From IMG/VR virus record IMGVR_UViG_3300025120_000038: DNA of 64,000 nt, one strand, 5' to 3'. The notes below the pieces were generated by a model. It saw nothing but the letters and a program-made list of their open reading frames with translations. It was not told the origin of the DNA and made no database searches. The stretch is from an uncultured virus (IMG/VR IMGVR_UViG_3300025120_000038) (taxonomy: Duplodnaviria > Heunggongvirae > Uroviricota > Caudoviricetes). A program made the translations under genes and the position numbers. Positions 19,175 to 26,066 of the stretch are shown piece after piece; the stretch's first letter is position 1, and each line of letters begins with the position of its first letter.

Positions 19175-19369
19175 TTATTTTTTAGAATTACCCCAATTGG
19201 CAGCCCCTACTTTTCTGCATTTAGCCATAGCCCCACTTCTATAAGCAGAATTCTTAGGCCCGTACCTACTAACTACTTTACTGTAGCATGCATCTTTTGC
19301 ATATAGTGGGCTATCACTCTCTTTTGCCATTTTGTTCATTGTATTGGGGTACCCACATGAATATGCCAT
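19175..19369 (-). CDS. Basic viral protein
   Basis: 64 aa; DACYSKV...SAYRSGAMAKCRKVG. Confidence 0.7.
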   Translation of the reverse strand: MAYSCGYPNTMNKMAKESDSPLYAKDACYSKVVSRYGPKNSAYRSGAMAKCRKVGAANWGNSKK

Positions 19370-19371
19370 AA

Positions 19372-19632
19372 TTATATTTTTTTTAGTTTCGCTCTATTTG
19401 TGTTTTTATCGTATTGGTAGTAGCTAGTGTACTTCCCCGATTTTTTTGCTGCTCTTTCTATTGCCCTTTCCTCGGCCGTCATCGCATCTCTTATCTTACC
19501 CGTAGGCGTTAATTTCGATGTTCCTCTAACCACATGACCCCTGTCGGCTAATATACTCAGTGCCTTTTTTTTGTCCCCCACCTGGTAAGATAGCCTGTCT
19601 ATTAGTTGCCCCCGGCCTGTGAATTTAGACAT
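19372..19632 (-). CDS. Basic hypothetical protein, first gene of the left arm
   Basis: 86 aa ORF, visibly GC-richer third positions. Confidence 0.65.
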   Translation of the reverse strand: MSKFTGRGQLIDRLSYQVGDKKKALSILADRGHVVRGTSKLTPTGKIRDAMTAEERAIERAAKKSGKYTSYYQYDKNTNRAKLKKI

Positions 19633-20050
19633 AGTGTTTTTTTAAATTAAAAGTGTTTTATATAAAGAGGTGTTGGGTCGTATATATGTTATTGATTGCC
19701 AGTCACTTAGGAAAGCCATTATTAAAAGTACCCCCATATTAGCAATTTTTACTAGTTTTGACTGCCATTTTAGCAGTAATTACTAGCATTTATTGCTATA
19801 TAGATGGTACGTTACAAACCTAACATGTTAAGCATCAGTGCATTGACATATTGACAGCAATATTAACAATGTATTGTCATATTAATAGTAATATCTAATA
19901 TATATTATCATATGTGCAGACAATTTCCTCTACACCTGTATATAACTCAATGAGACATTAATGTTTTATAGTATTTACTTATTACAATGTGAATTATTAT
20001 CATATTAGTAATAAACTTAAACTTTTATTGAATTATTAAAGTTATATATT

Positions 20051-20081
20051 ATATTATAGTGCAATATTTTCAAAAGGGGAC
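20051..20081 (-). promoter_or_regulatory. Class-2 motif GTCCC-N10-TATTGCACTATAATAT (leftward copy)
   Basis: Matches the copy at 25582-25612 in both boxes and in spacing. Confidence 0.6.
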
Positions 20082-20095
20082 ATTTTATATTATAT

Positions 20096-20127
20096 ACGTC
20101 ACAAAGTCTATAATAATGTGATAATAT
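20096..20127 (+). promoter_or_regulatory. Class-1 promoter copy 1 (ACGTCACAA-N13-GTGATAATAT)
   Basis: One of 7 copies with a fixed 13-nt spacer upstream of start codons. Confidence 0.8.
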
Positions 20128-20151
20128 AAGTGTAATTAAAAAATATAAATT

Positions 20152-20316
20152 ATGTATATATCATTTAACAACATTGACAAATTAGAAAAAGCAATTAATA
20201 GTATTGTATTAGCAAACTTAGATATTGACTCTCATAAAGATTTAAGAGAAAATGAAAAAGAATATTTTAGAAATTCAATAGTAAGTACAATAGATGCAAT
20301 AATGAAAATGGATTAG
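20152..20316 (+). CDS. Early hypothetical protein (54 aa)
   Basis: Read by hand: MYISFNNIDKLEKAINSIVL...; follows promoter copy 1. Confidence 0.65.
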   Translation: MYISFNNIDKLEKAINSIVLANLDIDSHKDLRENEKEYFRNSIVSTIDAIMKMD

Positions 20317-20318
20317 TT

Positions 20319-20350
20319 ACGTTACAAGTAATGACAAAATGTGATAATAT
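20319..20350 (+). promoter_or_regulatory. Class-1 promoter copy 2
   Basis: ACGTTACAA-gtaatgacaaaat-GTGATAATAT. Confidence 0.85.
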
Positions 20351-20364
20351 AATAAATAAAAAAT

Positions 20365-20535
20365 ATGAAAACAATAAAATTAAAAAGTTTAAAAACAAAT
20401 AAAATAACTGAATTTAAACCTTATCAAATAGGCCAATTACCAAAAGGTTTTGACAATGTATTACACTTACACTTTAATAAAAAAGGCTTAACATACATTG
20501 AAAAACAAGACTCTGTTTGGGATTTAATAAAATAA
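20365..20535 (+). CDS. Early hypothetical protein (56 aa)
   Basis: Read by hand: MKTIKLKSLKTNKITEFKPYQIGQLPKGF... Confidence 0.65.
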   Translation: MKTIKLKSLKTNKITEFKPYQIGQLPKGFDNVLHLHFNKKGLTYIEKQDSVWDLIK

Positions 20536-20548
20536 AATAAATAAAAAT

Positions 20549-20659
20549 ATGAATGAATTAGTATCAAATTGTTGTGGGGCTAGTCCTTGGATGGGAATGG
20601 TAGAATATGAAAGATGTGGGGATTGTAAAGAAAATTGTGAATTTGAAGAAATAAAATAA
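20549..20659 (+). CDS. Small Zn-finger-like early protein (36 aa)
   Basis: MNELVSNCCGASPWMGMVEYERCGDCKENCEFEEIK. Confidence 0.7.
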   Translation: MNELVSNCCGASPWMGMVEYERCGDCKENCEFEEIK

Positions 20660-20677
20660 ATAAAAAAACTAGAAATT

Positions 20678-20989
20678 ATGGCTAAAGAAAATAAAAAATT
20701 AGTATCTTTGTTAGAAGACTGGCAAGAATGTGTATGGATAGATTTTCACAATGGAAATGTAAATAGTGAGGAAGATTTTAATGAAAATTATAACTCTTAT
20801 ATAAATGACAAAGCAATATATGATTATGACTGTAAAGAAATACTTGAAAATAATTTAGATTATTGTTTTCATCCACAGGCAAATGATGTAAGATCGGCCG
20901 CAATAGAGTGCTTATATGATTATTTTGCAAAAGAATCTGGCAAAGATGAAATGTGGGCTGAAATGATGGAAGTATTAAATGAGGCTTAA
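20678..20989 (+). CDS. Acidic Ocr-like (DNA mimic) antirestriction candidate
   Basis: 103 aa, ~24 D/E vs ~8 K/R; spacing of motifs recalls T7 gp0.3. Confidence 0.55.
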   Translation: MAKENKKLVSLLEDWQECVWIDFHNGNVNSEEDFNENYNSYINDKAIYDYDCKEILENNLDYCFHPQANDVRSAAIECLYDYFAKESGKDEMWAEMMEVLNEA

Positions 20990-20991
20990 AC

Positions 20992-21023
20992 ACGTTACAA
21001 ACAAAATAAATAAGTGATAATAT
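20992..21023 (+). promoter_or_regulatory. Class-1 promoter copy 3
   Basis: ACGTTACAA-acaaaataaataa-GTGATAATAT. Confidence 0.85.
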
Positions 21024-21037
21024 AATAAATAAAGAAT

Positions 21038-21274
21038 ATGAACACAAATGACTTTAAAATAAAATTAGCAAATAGTAGCCTAGTAGGCACGTCAATGGGC
21101 TGCGCAAGTAGTATTAACTCAAGACTTGAATCTGCTATAGTATGCATAGAAGGTATAGAAAAAGAAAATGATGCTTGCTTTGATATTGAAAAAAAGTATT
21201 TGCTAATACATATAAAAAATGCTATGAAAATGGCCGACGAAATAAAAGAAAATTTAAATAAAATAGAATATTAA
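21038..21274 (+). CDS. Early hypothetical protein
   Basis: 78 aa ORF after promoter. Confidence 0.65.
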   Translation: MNTNDFKIKLANSSLVGTSMGCASSINSRLESAIVCIEGIEKENDACFDIEKKYLLIHIKNAMKMADEIKENLNKIEY

Positions 21275-21275
21275 T

Positions 21276-21515
21276 ATGAAAACATTTGATAGATATAAAA
21301 TAAATTTAAGACAAATAGGTAATGACATATGGTCATATGACACACAGGTGGCCGAGATAATAGGTGAGTATTTATACAAACTTAAATGGAATGTAAGAGG
21401 CATGACCTCAAGCCCAACAACAAGCAAGCATATTAATTATGTTGCAAATGAATTAGGGTTGACAGTAATTGAAAATGGTCAGTGGAAAGATGAATATTGG
21501 CCCCAAAATAAATAA
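21276..21515 (+). CDS. Conserved phage early protein
   Basis: WSYDTQVAEI...SPTTSKHINY motif. Confidence 0.7.
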   Translation: MKTFDRYKINLRQIGNDIWSYDTQVAEIIGEYLYKLKWNVRGMTSSPTTSKHINYVANELGLTVIENGQWKDEYWPQNK

Positions 21516-21516
21516 T

Positions 21517-21651
21517 ATGGATAGTATACAACAAACAATAGATTTAATAGAAAAAGAAATGGCTAAAGGTACAATGACTTTTGACCAAGAACAAGGAGCT
21601 TATCAAGCTTGGTTAGATTTAAAAAAAGAATTACGTTACAAAGATAATTAA
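21517..21651 (+). CDS. Early hypothetical protein
   Basis: Likely start MDSIQQTID (track extends it to 21469). Confidence 0.55.
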   Translation: MDSIQQTIDLIEKEMAKGTMTFDQEQGAYQAWLDLKKELRYKDN

Positions 21652-21664
21652 AACGTGATAATAT
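21633..21664 (+). promoter_or_regulatory. Class-1 promoter copy 4
   Basis: ACGTTACAA-agataattaaaac-GTGATAATAT. Confidence 0.85.
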
Positions 21665-21677
21665 AATAAATGAAAAT

Positions 21678-21929
21678 ATGAAAGTAGATAATACAAATTA
21701 TAGTAGTAAAACATTAAAACAAATGCAAGATAAACTTGCGCAATGTTTAACTCACGAACAAAAATACGGTAAATCAACTAGGACTACAGCTATGATTAAA
21801 TGGTGCACTAATGAACAATACAGAAAAAATGTTAGCGCATTTAACACTGCAACAGCTAATACTATGAAAGCTATGGGCCCTTATAAATGGGCAGAGGTTG
21901 TAAGCAAAAAAGGTGATTATATACTTTAG
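21678..21929 (+). CDS. Early hypothetical protein
   Basis: 83 aa ORF after promoter. Confidence 0.65.
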   Translation: MKVDNTNYSSKTLKQMQDKLAQCLTHEQKYGKSTRTTAMIKWCTNEQYRKNVSAFNTATANTMKAMGPYKWAEVVSKKGDYIL

Positions 21930-21932
21930 TCA

Positions 21933-21993
21933 TGGGACCAACAAGCCTGAGTACCTCTTGCAAGGGTGAACGAAAAGCAATGGTGAGGTCCCA
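21933..21993 (+). ncRNA. Putative small structured RNA immediately 5' of the tRNA
   Basis: TGGGACC...GGTCCCA closing stem, internal ACC-TCTTGCAAG-GGT hairpin, GC-rich island in an AT-rich region. Confidence 0.4.
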
Positions 21994-22001
21994 AATTATA
22001 T

Positions 22002-22074
22002 AGCGTGGTAGAGCAGTGGCCAGCTCGTCGGGCTCATAACCCGAAGGTCGGAGGTTCGAATCCTTCCCACGCAA
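22002..22074 (+). tRNA. tRNA-Met(CAT), initiator type; CCA not encoded
   Basis: Acceptor GCGTGG/CCACGC with 1:72 mismatch, TCGGG/CCCGA anticodon stem (3 G-C pairs), CAT at 22035-22037, GTTCGAATC T-loop. Confidence 0.95.
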
Positions 22075-22095
22075 CTAACTTTAAAATAAATAAAT

Positions 22096-22329
22096 ATGAG
22101 CAATATGAGCTATTGTAGGTTTGAAAACACCTCAAGAGATTTACAAGACTGTATAGATGCAGTCGAAATAATGTTAAACCATAAAGGTAAAAATGAATAC
22201 GGCGAAGCATTATATGGCCCTGAAAAAAAGGCTTTTGAAGAAATGATCGAATTGTGTGATAACTTTTCAAATTATGCAAATACTGTATTAGAAGAATTTG
22301 GAGATGAAATGTATGAAAATGGCAGGTAA
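22096..22329 (+). CDS. Conserved acidic phage protein
   Basis: MSNMSYCRFENTSRDLQDC motif. Confidence 0.7.
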   Translation: MSNMSYCRFENTSRDLQDCIDAVEIMLNHKGKNEYGEALYGPEKKAFEEMIELCDNFSNYANTVLEEFGDEMYENGR

Positions 22330-22462
22330 TAAACACAACACAGAGTTTACAAGACTAAATGTTAAAAGAATAGAAATGAGATACAAAGGTTTGTATGGTG
22401 ATTCTACACTTTTTCAAGGTGATATTAAAGAAGCGATAAAACATTTATTAGAGCTACTATAA
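22313..22462 (+). CDS. Small hypothetical protein
   Basis: Read by hand: MKMAGNKHNTEFTRLNVKRIEMRYKG... Confidence 0.5.
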   Translation: MKMAGNKHNTEFTRLNVKRIEMRYKGLYGDSTLFQGDIKEAIKHLLELL

Positions 22463-22465
22463 TAT

Positions 22466-22497
22466 ACGTTGCAAACAAAAAATAAAAGTGATAATAT
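22466..22497 (+). promoter_or_regulatory. Class-1 promoter copy 5
   Basis: ACGTTGCAA-acaaaaaataaaa-GTGATAATAT. Confidence 0.85.
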
Positions 22498-22517
22498 AAT
22501 AAATTAAATAAAATAAT

Positions 22518-22952
22518 ATGAACAATAAAGAATTTGATTACAGAAAAACAGTATTAGATTACTACGATATAACAATAACTGAAGATGACTATAGAGCTGA
22601 TTTATCAGTATATTCAAACTATACGGCTGACCAATACGATGTATGGCTAATCAACTTTGATGGGTCAATTACAGACCACAGAAATATTGATTGGGAAAAC
22701 GAAATATTCATGTATAATGACAATTTGCACGAGCATTTATTAGAAGAGCTTAAAAATAACACAAGAAAAGGTGAGACTTGGTACATACAAGATGAAGAAG
22801 ATATACTACAAGATTGGTGGTGGGAAGAAGTTTATGAAGAACTTTGCAAAGAAGGAGAATTAATACATCATCTTGAAGAAAAAGAAACCGACGATAGAAG
22901 TAATGTAGAAATATTACAAAGCATTTCAAATTACAATAGATATGATGGTTAA
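22518..22952 (+). CDS. Highly acidic early protein
   Basis: 144 aa, about 38 D/E vs 12 K/R. Confidence 0.7.
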   Translation: MNNKEFDYRKTVLDYYDITITEDDYRADLSVYSNYTADQYDVWLINFDGSITDHRNIDWENEIFMYNDNLHEHLLEELKNNTRKGETWYIQDEEDILQDWWWEEVYEELCKEGELIHHLEEKETDDRSNVEILQSISNYNRYDG

Positions 22953-23202
22953 AACAGACAAAGAAGCATTAAATAATTTAATGGATATTAAAGATTTTGA
23001 ATCTATACATAATAAAGCTGTAGCTTATATTGCTTCAAGACAATGGGGTATATATAAAAACATCGAAAAATGGCAAGCTATGAGTCCCACTTTTGGTATT
23101 GACCAACAACAAATAGATCAAGTAATTGAAGGCCAAAAAAAACATAGTGAAATGTTTGATTATATGTATAATGTAATAATAAATGATAAATATGACTCCT
23201 GA
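22942..23202 (+). CDS. Hypothetical protein
   Basis: 86 aa ORF in operon. Confidence 0.6.
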   Translation: MMVKTDKEALNNLMDIKDFESIHNKAVAYIASRQWGIYKNIEKWQAMSPTFGIDQQQIDQVIEGQKKHSEMFDYMYNVIINDKYDS

Positions 23203-23503
23203 CCAATTAGATTTATTAAGCGATATGATTGCAAATAAATTATATGCAAGAATTGAAGAATTATTAAAAAATAATAATCAAGCTTATACAATTGCATTTG
23301 AACCTATGAAAACCGAAGAGTTTTTGCATAAAGATGTAGATGCATTCGGCAATATGAAAATGTCTCAAAAAGATATATTAGCAGCTCAAATGAGTAAACT
23401 GCTAATAACAAAAGAGAAGCTTCTTAAAGAAGAAAAATACGAGCTGTTACAAGAGCTTGAAGAAATATATGCAAAATTAAGAAATGAATACGATAACTTA
23501 TAA
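23183..23503 (+). CDS. Hypothetical protein with a UVR-like C-terminal helix pair
   Basis: KEKLLKEEKYELLQEL. Confidence 0.6.
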   Translation: MINMTPDQLDLLSDMIANKLYARIEELLKNNNQAYTIAFEPMKTEEFLHKDVDAFGNMKMSQKDILAAQMSKLLITKEKLLKEEKYELLQELEEIYAKLRNEYDNL

Positions 23504-23514
23504 AATTAAATATT

Positions 23515-23733
23515 ATGAACAAAATAAATTATGAACACGCAGATGTTAACTCTTTGGCTATCAAAAGCTTAAGATATTTTACAAAACCAAAATTATTAAT
23601 GATTAAATTTAATAACGATACAAATTATGGATATAAAAATGTATCTTGGGATACTTATATATCTTTAAAATATGCTGATTCAATTGGTAAGTTTTTTAAT
23701 AGTAAAATAAAAAACAATTATGAATTGGCTTAA
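23515..23733 (+). CDS. KTSC-domain protein
   Basis: LMIKFNNDTNYGYKNVSWDTYISLKYADSIGKFFNSKIK. Confidence 0.85.
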   Translation: MNKINYEHADVNSLAIKSLRYFTKPKLLMIKFNNDTNYGYKNVSWDTYISLKYADSIGKFFNSKIKNNYELA

Positions 23734-24010
23734 ACTAATGGGTTTATTGTTCATATTCTCAAGTTGTGGAGGCAGTCAACTCTTTATTGAGGCGACTGCA
23801 ACTGCAACACATTTTGACCGGCCAATGCCACGAGTGGGAGCACCTGATACATTTACTTTTGATGGTGTTACAGAATATCTTACGCATTGGGATGATTACG
23901 GAATATCAATACAACCTGCCGTTAGATTAACTTATAGACAATATATATTTGATGGCAAACGAGGACAAATAAAAAGAACATTTAAACGTACGTTACAAAA
24001 AAATAATTAA
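23720..24010 (+). CDS. Predicted lipoprotein
   Basis: MNWLKLMGLLFIFSS-CGG signal peptide II/lipobox. Confidence 0.65.
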   Translation: MNWLKLMGLLFIFSSCGGSQLFIEATATATHFDRPMPRVGAPDTFTFDGVTEYLTHWDDYGISIQPAVRLTYRQYIFDGKRGQIKRTFKRTLQKNN

Positions 24011-24021
24011 CGTGATATTAT
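23990..24021 (+). promoter_or_regulatory. Class-1 promoter copy 6
   Basis: ACGTTACAA-aaaaataattaac-GTGATATTAT. Confidence 0.8.
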
Positions 24022-24031
24022 AATAAAAATT

Positions 24032-24523
24032 ATGAATATATTTTATCTCTCACACGACCCTAAAAAAGCTGCTGCTTATCATTACAATAAACACGTAGTT
24101 AAAATGCCCTTAGAAGCTGCTCAAATGCTCTGCACGGCGCATCACGCATTAGGTGAACAACACGATTATGATACTTCATATGTACCATATAAAAAAGCAC
24201 ACTTAAATCATCCATCAACTATATGGGTAAGATCTGATGCTTTACATTATTATTGGACTTATGATTATATGATGGCTTTAGGTAAATTATATACTCAAAA
24301 ATATAATAAATATCATTTAACTATAGAAAAATGTCATGATGTATTAGCTACTTTACCAGTAGGTATACAAGATTCGGGTAAGTGGAATGACCCTCCACAA
24401 TGTATGCCTAATGAATATAAACACAATGATGCACGAGTGGCTTATTGGAATTATTATATAAGTGAAAAAAGAAATGTAGTAACTAAAACCGAAATACCAT
24501 ATGAGTGCCAACAAGATTTATAA
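24032..24523 (+). CDS. Pyrimidine-dimer DNA glycosylase/DenV-related family protein
   Basis: MNIFYL..DP...KHVVKMPLEAAQML...HLNHPSTIWVR. Confidence 0.7.
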   Translation: MNIFYLSHDPKKAAAYHYNKHVVKMPLEAAQMLCTAHHALGEQHDYDTSYVPYKKAHLNHPSTIWVRSDALHYYWTYDYMMALGKLYTQKYNKYHLTIEKCHDVLATLPVGIQDSGKWNDPPQCMPNEYKHNDARVAYWNYYISEKRNVVTKTEIPYECQQDL

Positions 24524-24591
24524 ACACTATATACTAACAAATGTTTTTGGAATAAGAGATAAAATAAAAGCATTACAAAAATCAGATCGTT

Positions 24592-24807
24592 ATGTTAATA
24601 AAAATAGGAAACGTAAGAATTGATACAGAATCTAGAACTTCCAAACATAGGAGTTATTTATTTACACAAATAACAGGCTTACATCAAGAAATAATAGATA
24701 TAGTTATGGAGGGAGAAGCTCGTAATAAAATACCAATAAAAGAATTAAAATTAAAAGCAAAATTATTAAAAAAATATAGAAGAAGACTTAAATTGTTAAA
24801 TATATGA
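24592..24807 (+). CDS. Hypothetical protein
   Basis: 71 aa, ATGA-coupled to the sigma gene. Confidence 0.6.
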   Translation: MLIKIGNVRIDTESRTSKHRSYLFTQITGLHQEIIDIVMEGEARNKIPIKELKLKAKLLKKYRRRLKLLNI

Positions 24808-25580
24808 AAAACTTTAACAAAAAAATTTATGCATTAAATTTACAGTCTATAAAATATATTGATAGCCCTATACCTTCTGAATATTGGAAATTAGCATTTA
24901 ATATTGCTAATAGTTTTTCAAAAGAATATGCGGCAATTGGCGTACAAAACATTAATGATCTTACGCAAGAAGGATATTTAGCTTTATTTAAAACTTGGAA
25001 AAAAATAGATTGGAAATATATTGATTCATTAGAAAATCAAATAGATAAAAATAAAGCTATTAATAAGTATTTATCTATTAGTATTAAAGGTTTAATCGGA
25101 GATGAAATAAAAAAAAATGCAGATGGAACAGCAACACCTATTAAAGGCGTGTGGAACAATGAAGATAAGAAACGTCATACTTCCGGATTTGGATTTGTAT
25201 CAATTCTATTTCCACATTGGTTTGATTCCAATGTACTAGCTGTAATTGAAGATGAAGTTTATGATTACGATTACGAGAAATTAGGCGATTACTTATTAGG
25301 ATGGTTAAATAAATATATACCTAAATATTCAGGTATGATGCAAATGTTTTTCGGCTTAGACGATGTATACTCTAAACCTAAAAAAATGTCTTATATTGCT
25401 AAATTTTATAGTAGCAATGTGGGCAGTGTTAAAAAACAAAAACAAAGATTATTAATTAAATTAAGAAGAAATGACTTAGCTTTAGATGAATTATCACATT
25501 TTGTAGTAACAAACGGAATAAAAAGTTCTTCTAAAGTTTATGACTACGCAGAAATAAAATTAAAAATTTATAAGGATTAA
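24804..25580 (+). CDS. Phage-encoded sigma70-family sigma factor
   Basis: Region-2-like NDLTQEGYLALFK...YLSISIKGLIGDEI; region-4-like MFFGLD...MSYIAKFYSSNVGSVKKQKQRLLIKLR. Confidence 0.75.
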   Translation: MKNFNKKIYALNLQSIKYIDSPIPSEYWKLAFNIANSFSKEYAAIGVQNINDLTQEGYLALFKTWKKIDWKYIDSLENQIDKNKAINKYLSISIKGLIGDEIKKNADGTATPIKGVWNNEDKKRHTSGFGFVSILFPHWFDSNVLAVIEDEVYDYDYEKLGDYLLGWLNKYIPKYSGMMQMFFGLDDVYSKPKKMSYIAKFYSSNVGSVKKQKQRLLIKLRRNDLALDELSHFVVTNGIKSSSKVYDYAEIKLKIYKD

Positions 25581-25581
25581 G

Positions 25582-25612
25582 GTCCCTTTAATGAAATATT
25601 GCACTATAATAT
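25582..25612 (+). promoter_or_regulatory. Class-2 motif GTCCC-N10-TATTGCACTATAATAT (rightward copy)
   Basis: Directly after the sigma stop codon; twin of 20051-20081. Confidence 0.6.
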
Positions 25613-25613
25613 T

Positions 25614-25964
25614 ATGAACACATTTAAAACTAAATATAAAAGTTGTTCCACAACTATTGATGAATTACAATATGTTTCACAGGGGGATTCAACACCTAAT
25701 AGTTATACAGATAATGCACCTAAAGAAAAAAAAGCTAATTACAATGTAAACAATATAAAAGCTGTATCAGGAGGCAAGCAAATTTACTTGCAACAAGATC
25801 AATTATCTGGTCAGGGTGTTTCTATTAACAAAAAAATATATAATGTTAGCATGGAATTAACTAACGGATACGTAGATGCAGGATCACCCTTTGGGCAGAT
25901 TAAAAACTACGGTAAAAGAAGATTATTTAAAAAGAATAATACTATTTATGATTTAATATCCTAA
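25614..25964 (+). CDS. Hypothetical protein
   Basis: ATG at 25614 (track uses TTG at 25599). Confidence 0.6.
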   Translation: MNTFKTKYKSCSTTIDELQYVSQGDSTPNSYTDNAPKEKKANYNVNNIKAVSGGKQIYLQQDQLSGQGVSINKKIYNVSMELTNGYVDAGSPFGQIKNYGKRRLFKKNNTIYDLIS

Positions 25965-26066
25965 TTATGGAAGGCTATATCAAAGATGAATCCTATATAA
26001 TTGGAGACGGTATTATAACATACTATAAAAATGGAATATATACTAATTACGAAATAACAAAATTAA

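Noticed and set aside
19372..19632. GC3-rich gene as another overprinting case
   Set aside because: Both alternative same-strand frames contain several stops; this shows GC patches alone are not proof of dual coding
21933..21993. Hammerhead or HDV/theta ribozyme call
   Set aside because: The core reads CUGAGUA, not CUGAnGA, and the helix order does not fit an HDV fold; kept only as an unassigned structure
21871..22336. Minus-strand ORFs 21871-22074 and 22034-22336
   Set aside because: Antisense to the tRNA and early genes; typical tRNA shadow translations
19640..23500. Apparent scarcity of GATC in the early region (about three seen by eye)
   Set aside because: The region is very AT-rich; significance cannot be judged without a computed expectation
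20096..24021. Regularly recurring motif as a CRISPR or mini-array
   Set aside because: Copies are hundreds of bases apart, bipartite with a variable core, and sit before start codons: promoter-like
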